Assembly: GCA_964446825.1 (NCBI GenBank)
Contig: CAYUQR010000001.1
Span: 94,767-158,766, forward strand
DNA from: an uncultured Rikenellaceae bacterium
GTDB lineage: Bacteria; Bacteroidota; Bacteroidia; Bacteroidales; VadinHA17
Length of the DNA stretch: 64,000 bases
Direction of reading: 5' to 3'
A program made the translations under genes and the position numbers. The number at the start of each line of letters is the position of its first letter. Position 1 is the stretch's first letter. The notes beneath the pieces are model-generated. The model did no database searches, was not told where the DNA came from, and worked only from the letters and a program-made list of their open reading frames with translations. Shown here piece by piece: positions 18,193 to 28,368 of the stretch.

Positions 18193-18879
18193 ATGAAAGT
18201 GCTTGATATAAAAAATGTTCATAAAATCTATAATGAATCGGAATTCAAGGTTCACGCAGTAAATGATGTTACTCTTGAATTTCAGGAAGGCGAGTTTGCG
18301 GCAATTGTAGGACCATCAGGTTCGGGCAAAACAACACTTCTGAATCTTATCGGCGGGTTGGATAATCCTAGCTCCGGTGAAATTATTATTGACGGAACAA
18401 ATCTCGCGAAACTGAAATCATCAGAACTTATTGATTTCAGGTTGAGGAACATCGGTTTTGTGTTTCAGGCATATAATCTTATTCCTGTTCTGACAGCTAA
18501 GGAAAATGTTGAGTTCATAATGTCGCTCCAAAAGTGGTCGCGGCAGGACAGGGATGAAAGAACATTTGAACTATTGAAAGCCGTTGGTCTTGCTGACAGG
18601 ATTAACAGTCGTCCGTCAAAACTCTCGGGAGGCCAGCAGCAAAGAGTAGCTGTTGCCAGGGCCCTGGCTTCAAGACCAAAGTTCGTACTTGCAGATGAAC
18701 CTACTGCGAATCTCGATTCAAAATCAGCAACAACCCTGCTTGAAATAATGGAAAAGCTTAACCAGGAAGAAAAAATCACCTTTATATTCTCCACACACGA
18801 TGCAAGGGTTGTTAAAATGGCTCACCGGGTAATAACCCTTGAAGACGGGAAAGTTGTTTCGGATAATATCAGAAAATAA
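18193..18879 (+). CDS. ABC transporter ATP-binding protein (MacB/LolD-like)
   Basis: Walker A 'GPSGSGKTT', signature 'LSGGQQQR', Walker B 'FVLADEPT'. Confidence 0.95.
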   Translation: MKVLDIKNVHKIYNESEFKVHAVNDVTLEFQEGEFAAIVGPSGSGKTTLLNLIGGLDNPSSGEIIIDGTNLAKLKSSELIDFRLRNIGFVFQAYNLIPVLTAKENVEFIMSLQKWSRQDRDERTFELLKAVGLADRINSRPSKLSGGQQQRVAVARALASRPKFVLADEPTANLDSKSATTLLEIMEKLNQEEKITFIFSTHDARVVKMAHRVITLEDGKVVSDNIRK

Positions 18880-18897
18880 AAATTTAGAATAAGAAAT

Positions 18898-20052
18898 ATG
18901 TTTCGTATCCCTGCTCTTTCTTTATTAATTATTCTGGGCAGCACTTTTTCTTCATTCTCACAGGAAAAGACAAAGTTCCTGACTCTGAATGGTTATGTAA
19001 CTACCATGCAGAGTGTAATATTCGATTCTCTCTCGGGACCATTTATTAATGACAATCTTTTGCACAACAGGCTTAATTTTAAGGGATATGTAAATGATCA
19101 CATTACTTTTGCCACCGAATTCAGGAACCGGCTTTTTACTGGCGATATGGTAAAGTCCGGATCTTATTATGCTGAATCGACAGCCGCCGACCAGGGATGG
19201 GTTGACCTTTCCTGGAATATTCTTAATGAACCTTCCTATTTTCTTAATACAACCATCGACAGAATTTGGGTTGATTTTAATTATGGCAAGTTTCAGGCAA
19301 GGGTCGGACGACAGAGAATCAACTGGGGCCAGACTCTTGTCTGGAATCCCAATGATATTTTTAATGCATACTCATATTTCGATTTTGATTATGTCGAACG
19401 CCCGGGAAGCGATGCTGTAAGACTTCAGTATTATCCCGATTATTCATCGGCTCTTGAGGTCGCCGTTAAAGCCGATTACCATAATAATATTACTGCTGCC
19501 GCCCTGTACCGGTTTAACAAGTGGGGATTTGATATTCAATTCCTTGGCGGATATTTTAACAGCGAAGACCTGGTTGTCGGCACAGGATGGTCCGGATCAT
19601 TCGGGTCTCTTTCTTTCAGGGGTGAGGCAACCTGGTTTATGCCGGCAAAAAATCCTTTTAATAACACTGGAACGGGATTATTTACAGTTGGATTTGACAG
19701 ATCTTTTAAAGACAACTCGATGGCGCAACTGCAGGTCATGTACTGCAATAAACCGGTCGGCCTCAACAATTTTACATTTCTTTATAATGAGACCATGACA
19801 ACAAAAGACCTGGCTTTTTCAAAATTTTCGGCTTTTGGTTTGTTCTCATATCCGTTAACACCTCTTCTTACCATAACTGTCACAGCGATGTGGTTTCCTG
19901 ATCTTAAAGGCTATTTCTCAGGACCATCTCTTGATTATTCGCTTGCAGAAAATGTGGATTTTTCAATTTTCTGGCAACATTTTGACAGTAAAATGAACTC
20001 AGTAAGGCAAACAATAAATCTTGGCTTTCTCAGGGTTAAGTACAGTTTCTAG
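18898..20052 (+). CDS. Putative outer-membrane beta-barrel protein
   Basis: Signal peptide 'MFRIPALSLLIILGSTFSSFSQ', amphipathic strand pattern, and a C-terminal 'LGFLRVKYSF' with terminal Phe typical of OMPs. Confidence 0.55.
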   Translation: MFRIPALSLLIILGSTFSSFSQEKTKFLTLNGYVTTMQSVIFDSLSGPFINDNLLHNRLNFKGYVNDHITFATEFRNRLFTGDMVKSGSYYAESTAADQGWVDLSWNILNEPSYFLNTTIDRIWVDFNYGKFQARVGRQRINWGQTLVWNPNDIFNAYSYFDFDYVERPGSDAVRLQYYPDYSSALEVAVKADYHNNITAAALYRFNKWGFDIQFLGGYFNSEDLVVGTGWSGSFGSLSFRGEATWFMPAKNPFNNTGTGLFTVGFDRSFKDNSMAQLQVMYCNKPVGLNNFTFLYNETMTTKDLAFSKFSAFGLFSYPLTPLLTITVTAMWFPDLKGYFSGPSLDYSLAENVDFSIFWQHFDSKMNSVRQTINLGFLRVKYSF

Positions 20053-20091
20053 ATTTTTAATACTTTTGCCACATCATTAAAAATATTAACG

Positions 20092-20829
20092 ATGGCTCTT
20101 GTACATGAATTTGAAAGAAGCGGGAACTGGTTATTTAAAAGAAGAAGCTGGCTACCCGTATTTTTAATCATTCCCGGTGTTTTTGTGATGTACCTTGGCA
20201 ACAGGCAAGCCATCCTTTTTGATATGAGAGATGAGCTGATCTTTCTTGGTGTTAGTCTTTTTGGAGAGGTAATAAGGATTTTTACTGTTGGGTTTGCTCC
20301 GAAAAACACCTCGGGAAGAAACACAGTAAACGGGCAAATTGCCGATGAACTGAATGTTACAGGCATATATTCATTAGTGCGTCATCCGCTATATGTCGGG
20401 AATTTCTTCATGTGGCTCGGGCCGGTTCTTTTTATAAGGTCAACATGGTTTACTTTGATATTCGGTCTGGCTTACTGGCTTTATTATGAACGGATAATGT
20501 TTGCCGAAGAACAATTCCTAAGGAGGAAATTCGGGGAGATCTATGACAAATGGTCAGAAACGGTGGGTTCCTTTATACCATACTCATTAAGATATATTCC
20601 GTCAAAACTTACTTTTTCAGTCAGGAATGTTCTTAAGAGAGAGTACAACAGTTTCTTAAATATCTTTATAATATTTATAGTGCTTGACCTTTTCAGGAAT
20701 AATTTTCTTTCTGGAACGATTTACATGACAGAAATGTGGGTTTATCTAGGTATTCCAGCCGGTATTATATGGGTTGTGGTAAGGTCAATTCATAAATATA
20801 CAAGGTGGCTTGAGGTGGGAGGGCGATAG
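20092..20829 (+). CDS. ICMT/PEMT-like membrane methyltransferase family protein
   Basis: Multi-pass membrane protein with 'GIYSLVRHPLYVGNFFMWLG', the RHPxYxG motif of the isoprenylcysteine carboxyl / phospholipid methyltransferase superfamily. Confidence 0.7.
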   Translation: MALVHEFERSGNWLFKRRSWLPVFLIIPGVFVMYLGNRQAILFDMRDELIFLGVSLFGEVIRIFTVGFAPKNTSGRNTVNGQIADELNVTGIYSLVRHPLYVGNFFMWLGPVLFIRSTWFTLIFGLAYWLYYERIMFAEEQFLRRKFGEIYDKWSETVGSFIPYSLRYIPSKLTFSVRNVLKREYNSFLNIFIIFIVLDLFRNNFLSGTIYMTEMWVYLGIPAGIIWVVVRSIHKYTRWLEVGGR

Positions 20830-20830
20830 C

Positions 20831-21508
20831 CTACCTCCTTGAGCCTGTGAAGATCATAATATACCAGAGCAATGTTACCAGAGATCCCAAAGCTGCAATT
20901 ACATAGGTATAAGCAGCCCACCTGAGAGCATCTTCTGCTTTAGAGTGATTCTCGTATGAAGTTATTCCCGATGTTGAAAGCCAAACCAGGGCCCTTTTGC
21001 TTGCATTGATCTCTACAGGCAAAGTGATGAAACTGAAAATGGTCGTTAACGCAAATAAAACAATCCCTGCCAGTAAAATCCCCGGGAACCTCTGTATGAG
21101 CAATATCCCTGCGAGTAATATCCAGGTAACATACTTTGATGAAAAACTCACAGCCGGAACCAGCTTTGATCTGAATCCGAGCCAGGCATAAGCTTTTGCA
21201 TGCTGAACGGCATGCCCGCATTCATGTGCAGCCACGGCAGCAGCTGATATACTGCGGCCGTTATATACCTCCTGACTGAGGTTTACAGTCTTGTTAGCAG
21301 GGTTATAGTGATCAGTTAACTGACCTTGAACACTCTCGATCTTAACATCGTAAATTCCATTGTCCTGAAGCATTTTAAGTGCAACCTCCCTGCCCGACAT
21401 TCCATTATCAAGCGGTATCTTCGAATACTTTTTAAATTTTGATTGCATTGTAAGGCTCACGATCATACTCGCGACCATAATCCCGATAAAAATTACCCAA
21501 ATACTCAT
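20831..21508 (-). CDS. Membrane zinc metallopeptidase (YugP-like)
   Basis: N-terminal TM, 'LTDHYNP', zinc motif 'AAHECGHAVQH' and C-terminal TMs. This is the Zn_peptidase_2-like layout. Confidence 0.8.
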   Translation of the reverse strand: MSIWVIFIGIMVASMIVSLTMQSKFKKYSKIPLDNGMSGREVALKMLQDNGIYDVKIESVQGQLTDHYNPANKTVNLSQEVYNGRSISAAAVAAHECGHAVQHAKAYAWLGFRSKLVPAVSFSSKYVTWILLAGILLIQRFPGILLAGIVLFALTTIFSFITLPVEINASKRALVWLSTSGITSYENHSKAEDALRWAAYTYVIAALGSLVTLLWYIMIFTGSRR

Positions 21509-21665
21509 AATAATCTTTTCCTCCTTAAATTAATTTTTTCATTACTGCAAAACGCCTGCCAACAGCATTATGACAGTAATAATTTGTCATTTTGTCATAA
21601 TAACAATGAGCTTGTCTGCATTGTTTAAGAGATTTCCATCCCGGGTCAATTATTATATTTGTGCC

Positions 21666-21974
21666 ATGATCAAATTAATAAACAGAATACTGTCATTCAT
21701 ATTTTCTCTGCCTGTTCTTTTTTACAGGTATTTCATCTCTCCATTCATACGACCTTCATGCCGGCATGTACCTACATGTTCACAATATATGATTGACGCA
21801 CTTAAAATACACGGACCCTTTACAGGTTTTTTAATGGGAACCGGAAGAATATTAAGATGCAGGCCGGGGGGAACACATGGCTATGATCCTGTTCCGGTTT
21901 TCAGGTTCCGGCGGTATAAACCATTACAAACCGTGCTGGGCAGGTGGAAAACAGAAAATCGGTTGAAACGTTAA
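21666..21974 (+). CDS. yidD: Membrane protein insertion efficiency factor YidD
   Basis: '[32 protein letters not shown]' is the YidD signature. I prefer the ATG at 21666 to the track start at 21570. It carries a basic C-terminal extension. Confidence 0.85.
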   Translation: MIKLINRILSFIFSLPVLFYRYFISPFIRPSCRHVPTCSQYMIDALKIHGPFTGFLMGTGRILRCRPGGTHGYDPVPVFRFRRYKPLQTVLGRWKTENRLKR

Positions 21975-22723
21975 AAATTCAATTCTTCTTTGAGTTGTTT
22001 ATACCCTGACCTGCTGACCGGCAGTTTATCTCCTGACTGAAGGATGGCGATATGGTTATCTTTTCCGTATGGTTCAATTTTCTTGATCTCTTCAACCCTT
22101 ACAATATATGAACGATGTACTCTCACAAAATCATTTTTTGGAAGATTCTCTTCATAAAATTTCATTGTCTGTTGCTTTAATGCCTTGCCTGCAACATGAT
22201 AAATCATTACATAATCATCCTGGGCTTCAACATATCGTATCTGCTCAACGGGAATAAGATTGATTGCATTTCCTTTACGTACCACAATCCTGTTGACAGG
22301 GTTAACGGGATCAGGCTTTTTAGCAAGCAGCAGATTTGCCGGCATTTTATTTCCTGCCCCTGATTTTATCTTATCAATTGCCTTTTTAGCTGCCTCATGG
22401 AAACGTCTTTTGGGGAAAGGTTTCATAAGATAATCTACTGCATTAAGTTCAAAAGCCTTAATGGCAAACTGATCGTAAGCTGTTGTAAAAATAATTTCGG
22501 GTTTTTCAGTCAGAACCTCAACCAGTTCAATTCCGGTAAGTCTGGGCATCTGGATATCGAGGAATACAAGGTCAGGCTTCATCACTGTGATTGTTTTCAA
22601 CCCTGAAAAACCATCAGCACATTCAGCAATTACTTCAATATCATCTATCTCTGTTAAATAATGTTTAATTATTTCCCTTGCAGGTGCCTCATCATCAACT
22701 ATTAATGTTCTGATCTTTTTCAT
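21971..22723 (-). CDS. LytTR-family response regulator
   Basis: REC domain '[16 protein letters not shown]'. C-terminal LytTR DNA-binding domain '[10 protein letters not shown]'. Confidence 0.9.
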   Translation of the reverse strand: MKKIRTLIVDDEAPAREIIKHYLTEIDDIEVIAECADGFSGLKTITVMKPDLVFLDIQMPRLTGIELVEVLTEKPEIIFTTAYDQFAIKAFELNAVDYLMKPFPKRRFHEAAKKAIDKIKSGAGNKMPANLLLAKKPDPVNPVNRIVVRKGNAINLIPVEQIRYVEAQDDYVMIYHVAGKALKQQTMKFYEENLPKNDFVRVHRSYIVRVEEIKKIEPYGKDNHIAILQSGDKLPVSRSGYKQLKEELNF

Positions 22724-22797
22724 CTTTTTCCCTTATCTGCTATAAGAAGATCTGTGTTTACCGGTCAGTAAATTTATGTATTAATTTTTAAATGGCA

Positions 22798-23853
22798 TTA
22801 CTGATTTTCTTCAGGTATATATAGTTTTACTGTATATATACCATTTTCCCTGGATGTTGTGATCGATGCTTTTTTACCATAGAATAATTCCAGCCGCCGG
22901 GCAACATTTGTCAGTCCTGTTCCGGTTCCTTTCCTTAATGATGGGCTTGGATCATAATTATTGCTTATGATAATTTCGATATATCCGTCGCTGATCTTAG
23001 CTTTTGTCATGATCTTTACGCTTTCGGTACTCTCATAAACGCCATGTTTTACCGCATTCTCATAGAGTGGCTGTAACAGCATCACAGGGATTTTAAAACC
23101 AAGGCAATTGTCTTCAATGATCTCTTCTATTGTCAGTTTATCACCGAATCTTACTTTTTCGATATCAAGATATAACCTCAGGTTTTCAAGTTCATTTTGC
23201 AGGGAAACAGGTTGTTCATCTTTTCTTGAGAGTGCATACCGCATGAATTCCGAGAGTTTTACAATCATCTCTCTTGCTTTTTCAGGATCGGTTATTGTAA
23301 GGGAGCTTATCGAGTTCAGGCTGTTGAAAAGGAAGTGCGGATTAATTTGTGATCTCAGCATTTTAAGCTCGGTTTCTTTCACAAGGCTCTCCAGCCTGGC
23401 TGCTTTGGCATTCTTCTCAGAGAGGTTCGTAAGACTGACGAAAAGATAATATGTGAGGATGACAAGGCCATAAATAAAAACCCCTGCACCGATCCTGTAT
23501 GGCAAAGTGGCATTCCAGTATGCCTGGTAATTGTTTTGTTCAGGAAGCACTGTTGTCATAACAAGTTTTGTTACCAGTACCCATAAGCCCACAGTTATTG
23601 CTCCGGTGATTGTTAAATTGGAAACCAGAACCAGTACCCGCTTCTCCCCGGAATTGAAATACTGAAAAGGGTACCATACTGAAAGAGCTATTCCTGAATA
23701 AATCAACAGGGAAACCGGGCTGTCGATAAGGCTTAAATTAACAGAGCCTTCATAGACAAAATAAAATAAAACAGACTGGCCCAGCGCCAGGATCAGCCAG
23801 ACCAGCCACCAGACTATAAGTCGCACTCTGTTCTCAAGTACAGGGTGTTTCAT
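22798..23853 (-). CDS. LytS/YehU-type sensor histidine kinase
   Basis: Four to five N-terminal TMs, H-box 'QINPHFLFNSLNSI', and an HATPase with 'ENAVKHG' and 'GTGTGL'. Confidence 0.85.
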   Translation of the reverse strand: MKHPVLENRVRLIVWWLVWLILALGQSVLFYFVYEGSVNLSLIDSPVSLLIYSGIALSVWYPFQYFNSGEKRVLVLVSNLTITGAITVGLWVLVTKLVMTTVLPEQNNYQAYWNATLPYRIGAGVFIYGLVILTYYLFVSLTNLSEKNAKAARLESLVKETELKMLRSQINPHFLFNSLNSISSLTITDPEKAREMIVKLSEFMRYALSRKDEQPVSLQNELENLRLYLDIEKVRFGDKLTIEEIIEDNCLGFKIPVMLLQPLYENAVKHGVYESTESVKIMTKAKISDGYIEIIISNNYDPSPSLRKGTGTGLTNVARRLELFYGKKASITTSRENGIYTVKLYIPEENQ

Positions 23854-23864
23854 TATTTTAAATA

Positions 23865-24614
23865 TTAATAACTTTTAACCTCGCCTCCTCCAAATATAAC
23901 AGCTCCTCTTATTATTAGCTGTTTAGCCGGATCAATTGTCCTTCCTGGATTTAGTTTACGTGAATCGTTAAATCCTCCGAGTATAGGGGTAACTTCTATT
24001 GTAACGAACCAGTCATCAGGGACTATTATGGTTGCTCCCCCGAATATGCACGCAATTTCAAGTTCGGATCTTCCCAGAGCCAGGTTAGCTTTGGTAAGAT
24101 CGAGTTCTATACCTCCAAAAATAGCTGTAATCTTACCTCCTTTAAAGCTCTGTGATACAATCTGGCGTTCTCCCCCGCTGAAAATATTCACATAATCAAC
24201 CCAGTCATCTCCTGCGATTCCCTTTGTTGTAACAGCACCAATCCCGCGCCGTCTTGAAACGATGAAGATAACCCCGATAATGATAAATATCGAAGGCCAG
24301 AACATATTATATGCATGGAATGTCTCGCGGAATATCATCGGGATAAGGAAAAAGCCCCCAACGGCCATTACAATTACTCCGGCGGTTTTTTCAGTTGAAC
24401 CAAGGGTCATAATAAGACCCACCGCAACAAGAAGCATAGGCCAGCTGAAAACAACATGATCGATAAAGTCGGGGAACAAACCTGTGTTTCTCAGAACAAG
24501 GAATAATCCGACCAATACCAGGATAAATCCAATGATTGCGCGATTGTTTGTAAGATGATGATGTTCATGCCTTTGATGCAGATTATCACCTTTGTAGTTT
24601 TCATTTGTTTCCAT
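23865..24614 (-). CDS. LiaF-like membrane protein with His-rich N-terminus
   Basis: N-terminus 'HQRHEHHHL' and four TMs. C-terminal beta-rich 'GGIELDL..GGATIIVPDDW..GGGEVKSY' resembles the LiaF/YvqF (DUF2154-like) domain. Confidence 0.65.
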   Translation of the reverse strand: METNENYKGDNLHQRHEHHHLTNNRAIIGFILVLVGLFLVLRNTGLFPDFIDHVVFSWPMLLVAVGLIMTLGSTEKTAGVIVMAVGGFFLIPMIFRETFHAYNMFWPSIFIIIGVIFIVSRRRGIGAVTTKGIAGDDWVDYVNIFSGGERQIVSQSFKGGKITAIFGGIELDLTKANLALGRSELEIACIFGGATIIVPDDWFVTIEVTPILGGFNDSRKLNPGRTIDPAKQLIIRGAVIFGGGEVKSY

Positions 24615-24639
24615 TGTCGTAAATTTATCAGATTCTTAA

Positions 24640-25017
24640 TTAAATATCTTTATTTCCGTTTTTAAAAAGAGAGGAAATAATAAATGCCAGGCCTATTAAT
24701 GTAATTACTCCGGGCCAGTAGAAAGTTTTGAAGACTTCCGGAGTAAAAATAAAAAACCTGTCCTGTAAAAACCATATCCCGCCTGCGATAAACAAAAATC
24801 CACCGGCAAAGCGAAGATTGAGCAAAAGAAGAACTCCTATAAATATCATTGCTGTCTGCCATGTGAAATAGTTGCTTACACTTCCGAAGTTCAGAAGGTC
24901 ATTTGTAGCAATGAGCAGTGCCACTCCCAACAAAATAAAGAACAGTCCCACACTGACCCCTGGGCGATATTCTCTTTCTCTGAAGTGTCTTACATGATAA
25001 TGATGTTTGTGTCTCAT
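24640..25017 (-). CDS. Small 4-TM membrane protein with His-rich N-terminus (paralogue of the TM half of the LiaF-like gene)
   Basis: 'MRHKHHYHVRHF' followed by four hydrophobic helices. It is the first gene of the four-gene minus-strand cluster. Confidence 0.6.
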   Translation of the reverse strand: MRHKHHYHVRHFREREYRPGVSVGLFFILLGVALLIATNDLLNFGSVSNYFTWQTAMIFIGVLLLLNLRFAGGFLFIAGGIWFLQDRFFIFTPEVFKTFYWPGVITLIGLAFIISSLFKNGNKDI

Positions 25018-25169
25018 AATGCAAATTATTTATTGAGTCAAAAATAATTAACAAAAAAATAAGAGCTAAGAACAAATCGGCCAATGACCTTTTTATACCG
25101 GCATTTGGTGTTTTAAAGCAATAAATGTTACTTTTTTGTTGATAATTTTTTTAATTGGATAAGGATTTA

Positions 25170-25177
25170 TATTTTTG
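25170..25177 (+). promoter_or_regulatory. Candidate Bacteroidota -7 promoter box (TAnnTTTG)
   Basis: TATTTTTG lies 20 nt upstream of the ATG at 25197. No clear -33 TTTG at the expected spacing. Confidence 0.3.
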
Positions 25178-25196
25178 CAAACCAAATTTTGAAGAG

Positions 25197-25718
25197 ATGT
25201 CCGTTACATATACTATACCGTTAAGCGGATTAAAGGAAGGACGCCACACATTTGATTTTGAGATTAATAAAGAGTTTTTTGAACAGTTTGAAGAGTCGGA
25301 AATTAAGGAGGGCAGCCTTATAGCAAATATTGAGATGGATAAAAGATCAACCCATCTTGATATGGAAATAAGGATATCGGGCAGTGTAAGAATATGTTGC
25401 GACAGGTGTCTCGAAATGTTTTCCCAGTCGGTAGTTTGTGAGAACAGGCTGTTGGTTAAGTTTGGGAAAAACGATGAAAATATTGATCCTGACATACTTT
25501 TTCTTTCAGCTGACGAAAGCGAATTGGATCTGAAGCAGTACATATATGAATATATTTATCTGGCACTTCCGATTAAAAGGGTACATCCGGATGATAGAAA
25601 TGGGGAAAGTACTTGCGATCCGGGAATGTTGAAAAAACTGAAAGAGCATATGGTTGATGAGGATTCTGAAAATGATCCTCGATGGGACGAATTGAGAAAA
25701 TTATTGAACAATAATTAA
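25197..25718 (+). CDS. DUF177 / YceD family protein
   Basis: Sits directly upstream of rpmF, as in most bacteria. Contains 'CDRCLE' and a conserved C-terminal acidic tail 'DPRWDEL'. The ATG at 25197 is preferred because the candidate promoter box lies inside the longer ORF. Confidence 0.8.
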   Translation: MSVTYTIPLSGLKEGRHTFDFEINKEFFEQFEESEIKEGSLIANIEMDKRSTHLDMEIRISGSVRICCDRCLEMFSQSVVCENRLLVKFGKNDENIDPDILFLSADESELDLKQYIYEYIYLALPIKRVHPDDRNGESTCDPGMLKKLKEHMVDEDSENDPRWDELRKLLNNN

Positions 25719-25729
25719 ACTAATTTAAA

Positions 25730-25915
25730 ATGGCACATCCGAAACACAAACATTCTAAGACCAGAAGAGATAAGCGCAGGACTCATTATAAAGCAACCGC
25801 ACCAACAGTTGCAAGTTGCTCAAACTGCGGATCTTCAGTTCTGTATCACAGGGTATGTCCTGAGTGCGGATTTTACAGGGGTAAACTTGCTATTGAGAAA
25901 AAGGCAACAGCTTGA
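25730..25915 (+). CDS. rpmF: 50S ribosomal protein L32
   Basis: '[19 protein letters not shown]' and the zinc-ribbon 'CSNCG...CPECG'. Confidence 0.95.
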   Translation: MAHPKHKHSKTRRDKRRTHYKATAPTVASCSNCGSSVLYHRVCPECGFYRGKLAIEKKATA

Positions 25916-25940
25916 CCGCTTTTAATTTAATAGGATTAAT

Positions 25941-26879
25941 ATGAGAATTGGCCTTGATGTCATGGGTGGTGATTACGCACCTGATGCAATCATTGAGGGC
26001 GCAGTAGATTGCCTGCAGCATTTTTCAGAAAATGAGACGCTTGTTTTAATTGGAGATGAAGGATCCATATTAAAGAAGCTAAATGAGATGAATGTTGAAC
26101 CATCTCTGTTTGAAATAGTGCATACAACGCAGGTAATTGAAATGGGCGATCATCCTGCAAAAGCTTTTTCGCAGAAAAAGGATTCAAGCATTGCAGTAGG
26201 TTATGGCATGCTAAAGAGTGAGATATTAAACGGATTTTGCAGTGCCGGAAACACGGGTGCTATGCTGGTTGGAGCAAGCTATACAGTAAATGTTATCCCC
26301 GGCGTATTGCGACCGGCTCTGGCTGCTCTTCTTCCATGCGTTGATAACAGGAATTCTGTTATACTTGATGTCGGTCTGAATCCTGATTGCAAGCCGGATG
26401 TGCTCCTGCAATATGCAATCCTGGGAAGCATTTATGCGCAATATGTTCTGGGTAAGGAAAATCCGACAGTGGGTCTGATCAATATCGGAGAAGAGGAAAC
26501 CAAAGGAACTCCTGCAATAAAAGCAGCGTATGAGTTAATGAAAGAACATCCTTCATTGAATTTTGTTGGTAATATTGAAGGGAATTCCCTGTTTCGAGAG
26601 ACTATGACAGATGTTATAGTATGCGATGGTTTTGTCGGAAATGTTATTTTGAAACAGGGTGAAGCTTTTCATCAGATTTATAAGAGCAGGAATCTGAGTG
26701 ATTCATACTTTGACCGTCTCGATTTTGAAAATATCGGAGGTACTCCGATAATAGGGATAAATGCCAACGTTGTAATTGGGCATGGTATTTCAAAGCGTAA
26801 AGCTATAATGAATATGGTTCTTCAAACCAGGGCTGTAGTACATGCCAACCTGGCTCAAAAGATAAAGGAAGCAATATAA
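25941..26879 (+). CDS. plsX: Phosphate acyltransferase PlsX
   Basis: '[14 protein letters not shown]', 'SAGNTGA' and 'DGFVGNV' motifs. Conserved position between rpmF and fabH. Confidence 0.95.
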   Translation: MRIGLDVMGGDYAPDAIIEGAVDCLQHFSENETLVLIGDEGSILKKLNEMNVEPSLFEIVHTTQVIEMGDHPAKAFSQKKDSSIAVGYGMLKSEILNGFCSAGNTGAMLVGASYTVNVIPGVLRPALAALLPCVDNRNSVILDVGLNPDCKPDVLLQYAILGSIYAQYVLGKENPTVGLINIGEEETKGTPAIKAAYELMKEHPSLNFVGNIEGNSLFRETMTDVIVCDGFVGNVILKQGEAFHQIYKSRNLSDSYFDRLDFENIGGTPIIGINANVVIGHGISKRKAIMNMVLQTRAVVHANLAQKIKEAI

Positions 26880-26881
26880 AA

Positions 26882-27880
26882 ATGGAAAAAATACGTGCAG
26901 CCATAACGGGTATAAATGCCTGGGTGCCGGAATACAAACTGACAAATCAGGAACTTTCAAAGATGGTTGATACCTCCGACGAGTGGATAATGCAAAGAGT
27001 CGGAATAAAAGAGAGAAGGATTCTTAAGGGAGAGGGCCTGGGAAGCTCAGATATGGGAGAGCAGGCTGTCCGCGGATTATTATTAAAAACAAATACATCA
27101 CCGGAGGAGGTAGATCTTCTTATCTGTTCCACGGTAACTCCGGATATGCTCTTCCCTGCCACCGCAAATATTATTTCTGACAAATGCGGTATAAAAAATG
27201 CTTTCAGTTTTGATCTGAATGCTGCCTGTTCAGGTTTCCTGTTCGCTTTGCAAACAGGAGCAACATATGTTGAATCGGGGAAATACAAAAAAGTGATTGT
27301 TGTCGGTACAGATAAGATGTCGTCAATAACCGATTATACTGACCGTACAACCTGTCCCCTCTTTGGTGATGCCGCCGGGGCTGTGTTACTTGAACCAAAT
27401 CATGATGACCTGGGGGTCATGGACAATATTTTCCATACCGACGGTTCGGGACGGAAATTTCTACATCTGAAAGCCGGAGGCTCGGTAAAACCGGCATCTC
27501 ATGAAACAGTTGATGCCAAGGAACATTTTATTTACCAGGAAGGTCAGAGTGTATTTAAATTTGCCGTTGTAAATATGGCCGATGTGGCAGTTAAAATTAT
27601 GGAACGCAATAATCTTAAATCTGAAGATATAGCCTGGCTGGTTCCTCACCAGGCTAACCTGCGCATTATTGACGCAACAGGAAGGAGAATGGGACTCCCT
27701 CCCGAAAAAGTGATGATTAACATTCAAAATTACGGCAACACAACTACAGCCACTATTCCTTTGGTTCTATGGGAATATGAACAGAAACTTAAAAAAGGAG
27801 ATATTCTCATACTGGCAGCCTTCGGAGGTGGTTTTACCTGGGGAGCAATCTATCTCAAATGGGCCTACGATCCTAAATAA
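26882..27880 (+). CDS. fabH: 3-oxoacyl-ACP synthase III
   Basis: Active-site 'AACSGF', '[10 protein letters not shown]', 'GNTTTATIP', 'GGGFTWGA'. Confidence 0.95.
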   Translation: MEKIRAAITGINAWVPEYKLTNQELSKMVDTSDEWIMQRVGIKERRILKGEGLGSSDMGEQAVRGLLLKTNTSPEEVDLLICSTVTPDMLFPATANIISDKCGIKNAFSFDLNAACSGFLFALQTGATYVESGKYKKVIVVGTDKMSSITDYTDRTTCPLFGDAAGAVLLEPNHDDLGVMDNIFHTDGSGRKFLHLKAGGSVKPASHETVDAKEHFIYQEGQSVFKFAVVNMADVAVKIMERNNLKSEDIAWLVPHQANLRIIDATGRRMGLPPEKVMINIQNYGNTTTATIPLVLWEYEQKLKKGDILILAAFGGGFTWGAIYLKWAYDPK

Positions 27881-27966
27881 GGCTTTCTTTAAGGTTTTTA
27901 ATGCAATAGTTTTTATATTTGTAAGTTATTATGTTTTTATCTCTTTTAAATAAACTTCAAGTTATT

Positions 27967-28368
27967 ATGGCAAAGAACAATGAGGCAGAAAACCCTACGA
28001 TTAACCTTATCAGCAGCGGAACGGAAATAACCGGTGATATTGTTTCCAGCGGTGATATACGTATAGATGGTTCTCTTAAAGGCAATCTTAATACAAAAGG
28101 CAAAGTTGTTATTGGTACAACCGGAAAAGTCAGTGGCGAAGTTATTTGCAAAAATTCTGAAGTTTCAGGTATTGTAGAGGGCAAAATTGCTGTCAGCCAG
28201 TTGCTTAATCTCAAAGCATCTTCTAAAATATTTGGTGATATAGCTACTTCAAAACTTTCTATTGAACCCGGGGCAAAATTTTCGGGGAGCTGCAAAATGA
28301 GTGATACCGACGATAATGGAAGAGCTGCAATCATCAAAGAAAAAGAGCCCGAAAAATTCGGAAAATAA
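27967..28368 (+). CDS. Bactofilin-family polymer-forming protein
   Basis: Repetitive beta-helix pattern 'ITGDIVSSGDIRIDGSLKGNL..GKVVIG..GEVICKNSEVSGIVEGKI..FGDI..LSIEPGAKFSGSCKM'. ATG at 27967. Confidence 0.8.
   Translation: MAKNNEAENPTINLISSGTEITGDIVSSGDIRIDGSLKGNLNTKGKVVIGTTGKVSGEVICKNSEVSGIVEGKIAVSQLLNLKASSKIFGDIATSKLSIEPGAKFSGSCKMSDTDDNGRAAIIKEKEPEKFGK

Noticed and set aside
25155-25196. Longer start for the DUF177 gene (track start 25155)
   Set aside because: A TAnnTTTG-type box (25170..25177) lies inside the extension, and the extension ('MDKDLYFCKPNFEE') is not part of the conserved family. The ATG at 25197 is preferred.
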